DNA of 64,000 nt from assembly GCA_903899885.1 (NCBI GenBank), contig CAIULK010000014.1, positions 18,362 to 82,361 on the forward strand, written 5' to 3'. Position 1 is the first letter of the stretch. Every line of letters begins with the position of its first letter. Of the stretch, positions 55,879-64,000 are shown piece by piece. The notes under the pieces were generated by a model. The model was not told where the DNA came from. It ran no database searches and saw nothing but the letters and a program-made list of their open reading frames with translations. The stretch comes from an uncultured Rhodospirillaceae bacterium (GTDB lineage Bacteria; Pseudomonadota; Alphaproteobacteria; Rhodospirillales; Magnetospirillaceae). A program made the translations under genes and the position numbers.

Positions 55879-58800
55879 CTACGCCCCGACCATGTAGAAC
55901 GCCGACCAGATGTAGGGCGCGCTCCATTGCGGGTTGCGCAGCATTTCCAGCTGGGTCTCGCGCAGGGCCTGGTGCGGCGCCACGCCCGCCATCAGCCGTT
56001 TGTACAGCGCGGCCATCAGGGTTTGGGTGCCGGCGTCGCTGACCTCCCACAAGGATGAGATCACCGATTGGGCGCCCGCTTCCTGGAAAGCGCGGCGCAG
56101 GCCGTAGACGCCTTCGCCCTCGTGGATTTCGCCCAGGCCGGTTTCGCAGGCCGACAAGATCGCCAGCCGGGTGCCCGACAGATCCAGCCCAAGCACTTCC
56201 AGCGCGGTCAGAACCCCGTCGTTGTCCGTGTCGATTTCGCCCAGCACCGGGGCGTTGGCGTTGATTCCGGCAAAGGCAAGACCAGAGCGCAGCAACGGGT
56301 TGTCGCCGGGCGGCGGCACCGGCAGATCGTTGCCGCCGCTGCGTTGCAAGGCCAGCAGGCGCCGGCGCAGCGAATCGTCGGGCTTCAGAAAAAAGCCGTG
56401 CGTGGCGATATGCAGGAATTCCGGCGGGTCGGCGCGGTCGCGCAACACCTGCTCCTGGGCGTCGGCCTTGCTGAACAGCACCGATTGACGGGCGTCGCCC
56501 TCGGGCGTGCTGGCTTGAATGGTCTTTTCGATCAGGCGCCCTTCGCGTTCGGCGCCCGGCAGCGGGTCGAAATGCAGCCCGCGCATGCCCGATGCCAAGC
56601 CCCGCATCGACTCTTGGACCGTGGCACTCCGGCGTTTCAAGGTTTCGACGGTGGTCTTGTCGGCCAGAATGTCGAGATTGTAGTCGGGACCGGCGGCCAC
56701 CACGAAGCCGCCCTTGGCGGGCGGCACATGGGTGGGCAGCAGATCGCGGGCCGATCCCAGGATATGCAGGTCGATCCGTTCCATCAGATAGCGGCCGTTC
56801 TTTTCGACCAAGGCGGCGAAAGGCAGGATGTTCAAGGTGCCGTCGGGCACGACATACACATTGGTGCGCTTTCCGATCACCCGCTCCAACGGTTGCCAAA
56901 TCCGGCCGTAGACCGCCTGACCGCTGTCTTGCAGATCGTCGAGCTCGATATCCTCGTTTTGGATGTCCGCGCGGTATTTTAAAATGGCGGCGTCAATATC
57001 GGCGGCGTGGTCGTAGACCACCGTTTGATAGACCGGCTTGCCGTCTTCCTTATGCACCGCCCCGGCGACCAGACGCCGCGCCGATCCCTCGCCCAGCGTG
57101 AAGAAATCGACCAACACGGCGTCGTCGGGCAAGGCGGCGGCCACCTGTTCGGCCGTCACCGGCGCCACCTGTTCGCGGAAGCGCTGGCTGGCGCGCCCCA
57201 AATCGCCTTCCAGACGGTGAATCTGGTCCTCCAGATCGGCCATCACCTCAAGATGATGCTCGTGGGTTTCCGGGGTCGGGCCGGACAGGGTCAGCGCCGC
57301 CAGTTTCTTGCGCGCCAGTTCCAGTTGTCCGGCCAGTTTGGCCATTTCCGGGTCACGCGACAGCCGGGTGATTTGCTGAATTTGCGAGGCGACCGACAAC
57401 AGCAAGCCCTTGCGGGCGACGGTGACGTCGAGCATGCCCTTGCCGCTGACCGCTTCGCTCTTCTTGAGCAGCGCGTTCACGTAGTCGGCCAGTTCCGGGG
57501 CGTGCAGGCGGACATAGCCTTCGCGCGCGTTGTCGCCGGTTACCGGCAGCATGCGTTCGTAGAAGATGTTGCGCCGCTCGAAGATGGTCCGCCGGGTGGT
57601 CAGCGCCGCATCGACATCGCCCAGATCCTCTTGAACCCCGGCCAGGGTGTTTAGGACCTCGAAGGTATAGGGATGGCTGGGACCCAGGACGATCTCGTCG
57701 GTGGCCAGCGTGACCTTCAACAAGGCCAGTGCCTTGTCGAAACGCTTGGTCTGACGGTAGAGCGCCGCCAGATCGTGCATCGAGCGCAAGGTGTCCAGAT
57801 GGTTGGGGCCCAAGGCGGCGCGGCGGGCGGCCAGCGCTTGGTCGAACAGGGTTTCGGCTTCCTTGACGTGACCGGCGCCCGCTTCGGCGCGGGCCAGATT
57901 GTTGAGAGCCTTCAGTGTGTCTTGGTGGGTGGGGCCCAGCGTCTTTTTCCACGCCTCATGCACCGCCCGGAAGCGGGGGGCGGCGTCGGCGTAGCGGCCT
58001 TGCAACAGGTACAGATAGGCCAGATTATTGTCGGCGGCGGCGGCCTCGGGGTGGCGCGGCCCGCTCATTTTCGCCTCGGTCGCCGCGACGGTTTTGTAAA
58101 GCGGCTCGGCGCGGTCGAACAGTCCTTGCGATTCATACAGCAGGGCCAAATTGTTCATGCCCGCCAAGGTCGTCGGGTGGGTGTCGCCGTAAATCTTGTG
58201 TTCGGAGTCGAAGGCGGCGCGCAAGGGGGGTTCGGCCTGATCGAACAGGCCCTCCTTCTCCAGGATTTCGCCGAGATTGCCCGCCGCGACGGCGGTCGCC
58301 GGATGGCTGTCGCCCAGAATTTTGTGATACCCGGCGTAGGCGGTGGCGAATCCGTTCTCCGCCTCGGCCAAGCGGCCCTGCTTGCGGTGAATGGCGGCCA
58401 GCGTGCCGGTCGCCGCCAGGGTTTGCGGATGGTCGGGACCAAGGGTTTTGGTGGCGTGGTCCAGAACCTCGGCCGCCAGTTTTTCGGCCGCCTCCAGATC
58501 GTCCTGATCCGAGAGAACCTCGGCCAAGTCGGCCTTGGCGCGCCACGAGGTCAAGGGTTCCAGGGCCGTCCTCGCCTCGGCCAATCGTCCTTGCGCCCGA
58601 AAGGTTTCGCCCCGTCCGGCTTGCAGTCCGGGGACGGCTGGGTCGCTGGCGGGCAGGCCCGCCAGGGCCTTGTCGTATGCGGTCACCGCGTCGGGAAACA
58701 GGCCCCGCTCGCGTGCCAGATCCGCCGACAGGCCCAGGCAGTGCAGGCTGTCGAGATGGCTGTCGCCCAGGATTTTGCGGGTGGTGGCGCACAGGCCGGG

Positions 58801-59412
58801 CAGCACCCCGGCGGCGGCCTCCAACCGTCCGGCGGTCAGATCGGATTGCACCAAGGCTTGCTTGGCGGCCAAGGTCAGCGGATGGGTCCGGCCCAAGGCG
58901 GTGCCGGCGTTGGCGACATTGGCGGTGCGGTATTCGCGGGCCTTGGCGAACAGCCCGTTCGCCTCGTACATCTGGGCGGCAAGGCCCCGGATGCGCAGGG
59001 TCTCGGGATGGCCGTTGCCCAAAACCGCGTCGGCCGAGGCCAGCGCCGTGGTGAACGCGGTTTCGGCGGCCTCGACATGCCCGGCGCGGCCTTCCAACTG
59101 CCCCAGATCGGTGGCGGAAATGATTGTGGCGATGTGATTCTCACCCAGATTGTCGCGGGCGATCGACAGCGCCATCCGGGCGGCATCCAACGCCGCGTCT
59201 TGGGGGGTGGCGGGATCGACCGCCTTGGCGTGGGTGCGGTTCCACATCACCGCGGCGCGGCGCTTGGCGTCGGGCACGTCCGAGGCGGCTTGCCGCTTCG
59301 CATCGACCCAGGCGGGCAGGGCCGAGGGGTCGGCCGCCGAACCGGAGTGCGGGGCCAGGGCCAGGGCCAATCCCAGATACAGCGCCAGCGGCAGCCTTTG
59401 GTCGCGCATCAT
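55879..59412 (-). CDS. Exported TPR-repeat + CHAT (caspase-like) protease
   Basis: Signal-peptide-like N-terminus; about 11 LGxxHPxT TPR units; VPDGTLNILPFAAL, HIATHGFF (His), LSACETGLG (Cys), SLWEVSD, PYIWSAF. Confidence 0.92.
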   Translation of the reverse strand: MMRDQRLPLALYLGLALALAPHSGSAADPSALPAWVDAKRQAASDVPDAKRRAAVMWNRTHAKAVDPATPQDAALDAARMALSIARDNLGENHIATIISATDLGQLEGRAGHVEAAETAFTTALASADAVLGNGHPETLRIRGLAAQMYEANGLFAKAREYRTANVANAGTALGRTHPLTLAAKQALVQSDLTAGRLEAAAGVLPGLCATTRKILGDSHLDSLHCLGLSADLARERGLFPDAVTAYDKALAGLPASDPAVPGLQAGRGETFRAQGRLAEARTALEPLTSWRAKADLAEVLSDQDDLEAAEKLAAEVLDHATKTLGPDHPQTLAATGTLAAIHRKQGRLAEAENGFATAYAGYHKILGDSHPATAVAAGNLGEILEKEGLFDQAEPPLRAAFDSEHKIYGDTHPTTLAGMNNLALLYESQGLFDRAEPLYKTVAATEAKMSGPRHPEAAAADNNLAYLYLLQGRYADAAPRFRAVHEAWKKTLGPTHQDTLKALNNLARAEAGAGHVKEAETLFDQALAARRAALGPNHLDTLRSMHDLAALYRQTKRFDKALALLKVTLATDEIVLGPSHPYTFEVLNTLAGVQEDLGDVDAALTTRRTIFERRNIFYERMLPVTGDNAREGYVRLHAPELADYVNALLKKSEAVSGKGMLDVTVARKGLLLSVASQIQQITRLSRDPEMAKLAGQLELARKKLAALTLSGPTPETHEHHLEVMADLEDQIHRLEGDLGRASQRFREQVAPVTAEQVAAALPDDAVLVDFFTLGEGSARRLVAGAVHKEDGKPVYQTVVYDHAADIDAAILKYRADIQNEDIELDDLQDSGQAVYGRIWQPLERVIGKRTNVYVVPDGTLNILPFAALVEKNGRYLMERIDLHILGSARDLLPTHVPPAKGGFVVAAGPDYNLDILADKTTVETLKRRSATVQESMRGLASGMRGLHFDPLPGAEREGRLIEKTIQASTPEGDARQSVLFSKADAQEQVLRDRADPPEFLHIATHGFFLKPDDSLRRRLLALQRSGGNDLPVPPPGDNPLLRSGLAFAGINANAPVLGEIDTDNDGVLTALEVLGLDLSGTRLAILSACETGLGEIHEGEGVYGLRRAFQEAGAQSVISSLWEVSDAGTQTLMAALYKRLMAGVAPHQALRETQLEMLRNPQWSAPYIWSAFYMVGA

Positions 59413-61469
59413 TTTTCCTTATGGGTATAGACGCCGTCCCAGTCGGTACCGGGCGGTTCGGCCTCGAAATGAGCGATCCGGTCGAGGTAGATCGTGTAGA
59501 TCATCCGGTTGGGTTCCAAGGCGGTCAGGGCCTGGAATCCGGCCTTGGCGGTGGCCCAATCTTGAGCGCGGAAGGCGGCCAGGGCCGCGTGATGGCGGGC
59601 CAGAACGGCCAGGGTGTCGGCGGAAACCTCGCCCTCGAAACCCAAGGGTTCGAACAGATGGACCGGCTGATCCTTGCCCTTGACCCGCACGCGGTCGATT
59701 TCGCGGCAAATCAGATCGGGCACGGCGGCGCGGGTGAATTCGCTGATCATCGCGCCGACCCCGTATTGCTTGGTCAGGCTTTCGATGCGCGAACCCAGAT
59801 TGACCGCGTCACCCATCACCGTATAGGCCAACCGGAAATCGGATCCCATGTTGCCGACGCTCATCACGCCGGAATTCAGGCCGATGCCGACCTTGATCGG
59901 TTTCCAGCCGCGCGCCACGAAATCGACCGACAGATCCTCCATGGTCTTGCCCATCGCCATCGCCGCTTGCACGGCGTGCCGCGCGTGATCGGGATCGGTC
60001 AAGGGCGCGCCCCAAAAGGCCATGATCGCGTCGCCCATGTATTTGTCGATGGTGCCGTGATTTTGGTGGATCACCCGGGTCATCGGCGACAGGAAGGCGT
60101 TCATCAGGACGGTGAGTTCCTGCGGCGCCAAGCCCTCTGAAATCGAGGTGAAGCCGCGAACATCGGAAAACAGCACGGTCATTTCACGCGATTCGCCGCC
60201 GACCGAGACTTCCTGGCCGGTCCGGCTCATCTCGGCGACCAGTTCGGCGGGGATATATTGGCCGAAGGTCCGCGAAATTTGGCGCCGCTGGCGGCGTTCG
60301 AGGATGAATTGGCGGAACTCGACCACCAAATGGCCAAGGATCAGGGCCGCCAGGATATAGCTCATCGGCACGATCAGACCGCGCGACACATACAGCACGG
60401 TGGCGGTCGCGATGAAGCCGCCGACGATCGCGAAGAAGCCCAGCGCACGGCGGAACGGCGAATGGACCCACGCTTCCAGCAGCACCAGCAGCGCCATCAT
60501 GCCCAACGCCACGGCGGTTTCGAGCGGAGCGCCCAGCGGCTGCAAGGGGCCACCCTTGAGCAGGGTGGCGATGGTGTCGCCGATGATCTCGACCCCGTAG
60601 ACCGAGCCGACCGGCGTGTCGAACCAGTCGTGCGAGACATCCGAGGTATCGCCGATCAGCACGATCTTGTCGCGCACCCAGGTGGCCAGTTCCTCGCGGT
60701 CGCCCGGATCCATCGCGTCGAGATCGACCAGGAATTCGTTGGCGGAAATTCCGGTGGTCTGGCTGAGGAAGCGGGTGCCGGTCACCAGCGGGGGATAATC
60801 GATGGCGATCCGGCTGGATTCGTCCAAGGGCACCGCGCGGTCGCCCAGGATCAACCGGTTGGCGTCCAGCTTGGGCGTGACCCCCAGATAAGCGGCGACC
60901 GCCTTGACGGCGATCGGCCAGCCGCCCGGCTGACCGGTCGCCTCGGGATAGATCTTGACCCGCGACAAGTTGGTCATCAACCGGCTCGACGAGACCGCGT
61001 TGGCATAGCCGGTGTCTGCGGCGGCATCGAGAACCGGGGTCGGGTGATTGATGCGCCCCATCTTGCCGTTTTTCACCTCGCCCTGCGAGACCAGCAGGAC
61101 GTTTCCAGCCTCCCGCAAGGCGGCCGCCAGGATGGGGTCCTCGCCGTAGGACGAGGGGAAGTCCATCAACATATCGACCACGGCCACGCGGGCGCCAAGC
61201 GCCCGGACGTTGCGGACGATGGTCCCGATATCGGTGCGGCGTAGCGGAAAGCTTTTATAGGCCTTGAAGAACGCCTCGTCGGTGTTGACGAAGCCGACGT
61301 CGGGCAGGGGGGCGAGGGCGGCGGGGTCGCCGTAGGCCAAACGCATCTGGTGGCGAAAGCCGATGGTCTGATCCTCGATCAACGAGAACCATTCCTGCCG
61401 TTGGCCGAGAACGGCCAGCCCGCACAGCAAGACCACCAGAGCGAGGTCATAGCGTCTGGTGGTCTTCAT
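59409..61469 (-). CDS. CHASE2-domain class III adenylate cyclase
   Basis: N-terminal TM, CHASE2 (KIVLIG..DWFDTPVG..YGVEI), 3 TM; LFSDVRGFT, DKYMGDAIMAFWGAP, YTVMGDAVNLGSRIE; Lys/Thr specificity residues indicate ATP as substrate. Confidence 0.92.
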   Translation of the reverse strand: MKTTRRYDLALVVLLCGLAVLGQRQEWFSLIEDQTIGFRHQMRLAYGDPAALAPLPDVGFVNTDEAFFKAYKSFPLRRTDIGTIVRNVRALGARVAVVDMLMDFPSSYGEDPILAAALREAGNVLLVSQGEVKNGKMGRINHPTPVLDAAADTGYANAVSSSRLMTNLSRVKIYPEATGQPGGWPIAVKAVAAYLGVTPKLDANRLILGDRAVPLDESSRIAIDYPPLVTGTRFLSQTTGISANEFLVDLDAMDPGDREELATWVRDKIVLIGDTSDVSHDWFDTPVGSVYGVEIIGDTIATLLKGGPLQPLGAPLETAVALGMMALLVLLEAWVHSPFRRALGFFAIVGGFIATATVLYVSRGLIVPMSYILAALILGHLVVEFRQFILERRQRRQISRTFGQYIPAELVAEMSRTGQEVSVGGESREMTVLFSDVRGFTSISEGLAPQELTVLMNAFLSPMTRVIHQNHGTIDKYMGDAIMAFWGAPLTDPDHARHAVQAAMAMGKTMEDLSVDFVARGWKPIKVGIGLNSGVMSVGNMGSDFRLAYTVMGDAVNLGSRIESLTKQYGVGAMISEFTRAAVPDLICREIDRVRVKGKDQPVHLFEPLGFEGEVSADTLAVLARHHAALAAFRAQDWATAKAGFQALTALEPNRMIYTIYLDRIAHFEAEPPGTDWDGVYTHKEK

Positions 61470-61498
61470 GTTGTCGTCTCCAAAAAAGGACGAACCGC

Positions 61499-62452
61499 CT
61501 AGTTCGTGCCCAGCATATCGTTGTAAAGCGTGGCTTCGGCCTGCTTCAGGTCGGCCAGCTTCAGCTCGTTGTAGATGCGGATCAACAGCGGACGCATGTC
61601 GTTGTCGTCCTTGTTTTCGTTGAAGTATTTACGGTAGGCATCCATCGCCGCGACCAGCACGCCTTTTTCATCGAGCAGATTGGCCAGCGGGAAGACGTCA
61701 TTGGGGGCACCGGCCTTGACGCGGGCGACGCTGTCGGCCAGCGCCTTGTCCTCGGCGGGCGACAACCAGATCAACGAGCCTTCCTTGTCGGCTTCCGACA
61801 CCACGTGACCGCCGCCATCCATCACCGCGACCGAGAAACCATGGGTTCCGGCCGACAGGGTGGGAACGTGGTAGCGGATCACCTTGTCGTCCGAGCCTTG
61901 CACCGTCGTCTTGGCGCCGTCGATGGTGATCACATAGGAATAGGCCTTGCCGAAGCTTTGCCAGACCAGATCGGGATAGGTCGCCGACAGCGTGACTTCA
62001 CGCGCCACCCGCAGTTTCGGCTGGCTGTCTTGCTGCACGCCCCGCCGCACGGCGGTATAGCGCTGCGCCTCGGCGAAGCGGTTGGCCAAACCGGCCGAGA
62101 GGTCGCCGCTTGCCGCCTCGGGGGCGGAGAGGCTGCCCGACACCACTTCGGGGGCCGCCGCGCCGATGCGAACCTGGGAACTGGGGCCCATCGTCCGGGC
62201 CATGTTGGTGGCTTGATCGACCAGCTTGCCCGAACCATCGGCGCCGGTCCGCACCAAGTCGCCCGCGAACAGGAATTTGTTTCGGGTGACCGCCTTCCAG
62301 CTGCTGCCGTCGCGGCTTTGTTCAACCGTCCCCATTACTTGGGTCAGCATCGCGACCGGCGGATCGGCCGCCAGCACGGGCATGCCGAACAGGATCGTGA
62401 AAAGCGCCAGAATTAGGGTGAACTTGGTCATCACAGCGAACTTGGTCGGCAT
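61499..62452 (-). CDS. Exported protein with FecR-like N-terminal beta domain and DUF928-like/helical C-terminus
   Basis: Signal peptide (…MPVLA|ADPP); [13 protein letters not shown] resembles the FecR beta domain; GGGAG RBS; first gene of the cyclase-CHAT operon. Domain names are by eye. Confidence 0.65.
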   Translation of the reverse strand: MPTKFAVMTKFTLILALFTILFGMPVLAADPPVAMLTQVMGTVEQSRDGSSWKAVTRNKFLFAGDLVRTGADGSGKLVDQATNMARTMGPSSQVRIGAAAPEVVSGSLSAPEAASGDLSAGLANRFAEAQRYTAVRRGVQQDSQPKLRVAREVTLSATYPDLVWQSFGKAYSYVITIDGAKTTVQGSDDKVIRYHVPTLSAGTHGFSVAVMDGGGHVVSEADKEGSLIWLSPAEDKALADSVARVKAGAPNDVFPLANLLDEKGVLVAAMDAYRKYFNENKDDNDMRPLLIRIYNELKLADLKQAEATLYNDMLGTN

Positions 62453-62540
62453 CGTGAATCTCCCGCATCGAGGATCCACAGTGTACGCGAGGTTCGCCAA
62501 AAAAACGATCCGTGTGTTACCCGATGATTCGCGCCATTTT

Positions 62541-63821
62541 TCATCCCATCGACATTAGCCCGCCGAGCGGGCTGGCCGAGGATGATCCGGTGGTTCCAGT
62601 GGATCCCGAGAGATAGGAGGTCAAGGACGGCATTTGCGCCATCAGGCTGCTGACTTCGCTTTCCAAGGTCGCCTTGATCGCCGCCTGGGCGCCGTCGCCG
62701 CTGGTCAAAACATTTTGGATCGCGGCGGTCGCCTTGTCCAACGTCGCGCGGGTGCCGCTGGGATCGGCGGCGTAGGCGGCGGCGAATTTACTGGAATCAA
62801 GGCTCAGCGTGCCGTCGCTGCCCACGGTGATCCCCAGCTTGGACAAGCTGGTGCCGTTCGCGGTCTGATCGATGGCTCCCAGCAATTTGCTGGCGACTCC
62901 GGTATCGCCGCTGAGGTCACCGCCGCTGGTGGTCAGTCCGCTCAAGGCGGTCAGCAGCGTGTTGACCCCGCCCACCAGGGCCGAGGCCGCGTTCACCGCG
63001 GCTCCCTGGCCGACGGGAATGCTAACGGTACCGGTGCCGGTGGCGCCGAGCGCGGTAGTGACGCCGGGTGCCAGGGTGACCAGATTGGTGGCGCTGGTTT
63101 GCGACGCGCCGCCGTTGACCGTGAAGGCCGCGTCCTGGGCGTTCTGGATCGCGTCGAGACCGGTGAACGAGGCCGAGTTGGGATCATGGGACAGAGCCGG
63201 GATCCCGCTGGTGGAAAAAGCGTTGGCGGCGCCGCTGGCTCCGGCCAGTTGCAATTCATACTGCCCCGCCGAAGCCTGGACCACCGTCGCGGTTACCCCC
63301 GCGTCGGCGGCATTGATCGCGCTGGCCGCGCCGTTCAGCGAACCGTCGCCGATCGCGATGCCGACGGGCGCGTTGGAACCGACGCTCAGGGTCAAGGTTC
63401 CGGTGCCCAGCACCGATTGACTGGGGCTGGCGTAGCTGCCGGTGGTGAGAATCTGCGCTTGTGCCAGTCGCGAGACATCGACGGTATAAGTCTGGGTCAC
63501 CGGCGTGCCGGTGTGGCCGTAGCTGGCGGTCACCGCCGGATTGTCGCGGTCGATCGCGCCCAGCGCGGTGGCGGCTTGGCTAACCATCTGGCCCAATTGA
63601 CCGTATCCCAGCAGGCTCGATTGGGTTTGGCTTTTTTGTTGACCCAGCGACAGCGTATAGGCCGGATCGGAGGCGGAGGTTCCGCTCGAGGCCGAGGAGG
63701 CGGTGCTTCCCGTTGCCGTTCCGCCCAACAGCGAGGAGGCCAAGGACGAATTCGCCGTGCCGCTGTTGTTTTGCAGCAGCGAGGCCAACAGCGACGGCGA
63801 TCCAAGCGACGAAATAGTCAT
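62541..63821 (-). CDS. fliD: Flagellar filament cap protein FliD-like (atypical N-terminus)
   Basis: [71 protein letters not shown]. Confidence 0.75.
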   Translation of the reverse strand: MTISSLGSPSLLASLLQNNSGTANSSLASSLLGGTATGSTASSASSGTSASDPAYTLSLGQQKSQTQSSLLGYGQLGQMVSQAATALGAIDRDNPAVTASYGHTGTPVTQTYTVDVSRLAQAQILTTGSYASPSQSVLGTGTLTLSVGSNAPVGIAIGDGSLNGAASAINAADAGVTATVVQASAGQYELQLAGASGAANAFSTSGIPALSHDPNSASFTGLDAIQNAQDAAFTVNGGASQTSATNLVTLAPGVTTALGATGTGTVSIPVGQGAAVNAASALVGGVNTLLTALSGLTTSGGDLSGDTGVASKLLGAIDQTANGTSLSKLGITVGSDGTLSLDSSKFAAAYAADPSGTRATLDKATAAIQNVLTSGDGAQAAIKATLESEVSSLMAQMPSLTSYLSGSTGTTGSSSASPLGGLMSMG

Positions 63822-63855
63822 GGTCCGAATCCTTTGCAACGGGTGCATTGCGCCA

Positions 63856-63872
63856 TGCATTTTCCGTGCCGA
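63856..63872 (-). promoter_or_regulatory. Sigma54 (-24/-12) promoter for the fliD-like gene
   Basis: Minus strand TCGGCACGGAAAATGCA, GG-N10-GC, 35 nt upstream of the ATG. Confidence 0.65.
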
Positions 63873-64000
63873 TTGCTTCTTAAGGATAGATCCGAAAGCA
63901 GGTGCCGACAGTTTAATGCGATGTTGATATAATTACCGATTGGGCGGGGATGTCTTCGTTGAAGCGCGAGAGTTGGGGAGCCGGCATGGCCTTGATTGAG

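Noticed and set aside
57620..59160. About 126-bp periodic DNA similarity
   Set aside because: Explained by the 42-aa TPR repeats of the encoded protein.
55879..59412. TPR-CHAT as Craspase (Csx29) or gasdermin-type defence protease
   Set aside because: No Cas7-11, array, gasdermin or STAND NTPase in the window, and the protein has a signal-peptide-like N-terminus.
1..64000. IS elements, integrases, prophage, tRNA or rRNA genes
   Set aside because: None recognised by motif or structure; small ncRNAs cannot be excluded without a covariance-model search.

Overview
A GC-rich window, probably alphaproteobacterial (Rhodospirillales-like by inference), that appears to come from a plasmid or chromid. 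It contains a complete replication/partition module: 17-bp-periodic palindrome arrays, parA, a small RHH-type partner, an iteron origin and a RepA_C-type initiator (about 50.5-53.6 kb). About 52 kb of surface-glycan genes surround this module. They include an EPS-type wHTH regulator, an ABC flippase, a KpsS/Capsule_synth-like protein, neuB-neuC-neuA with a 2-hydroxyacid dehydrogenase, wzx/wzy-like genes, about 11 GT-A/GT-B glycosyltransferases, 7 GT-C-like membrane proteins and GtrA-type flippases. Also present are 2 AsnB-type amidotransferases, 4 class I methyltransferases, 2 B12-binding radical SAM enzymes, a transglutaminase-like protein, TolC, gmhA and a TviB-like dehydrogenase. The right end holds a three-gene candidate signalling operon (exported FecR-like/DUF928-like protein, CHASE2 adenylate cyclase, exported TPR-CHAT caspase-like protease) and an orphan FliD-like gene behind a sigma54-type promoter. 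The best candidate for an under-described system is this periplasmic protease/cyclase module. Other notable items are the par/ori architecture with NrdR-like boxes before repA, an unannotated 34-aa coupled membrane ORF, and the GT-C/methylation tailoring set. No rRNA, tRNA, CRISPR array or transposase was seen. All family calls are by eye from motifs; no searches were run.
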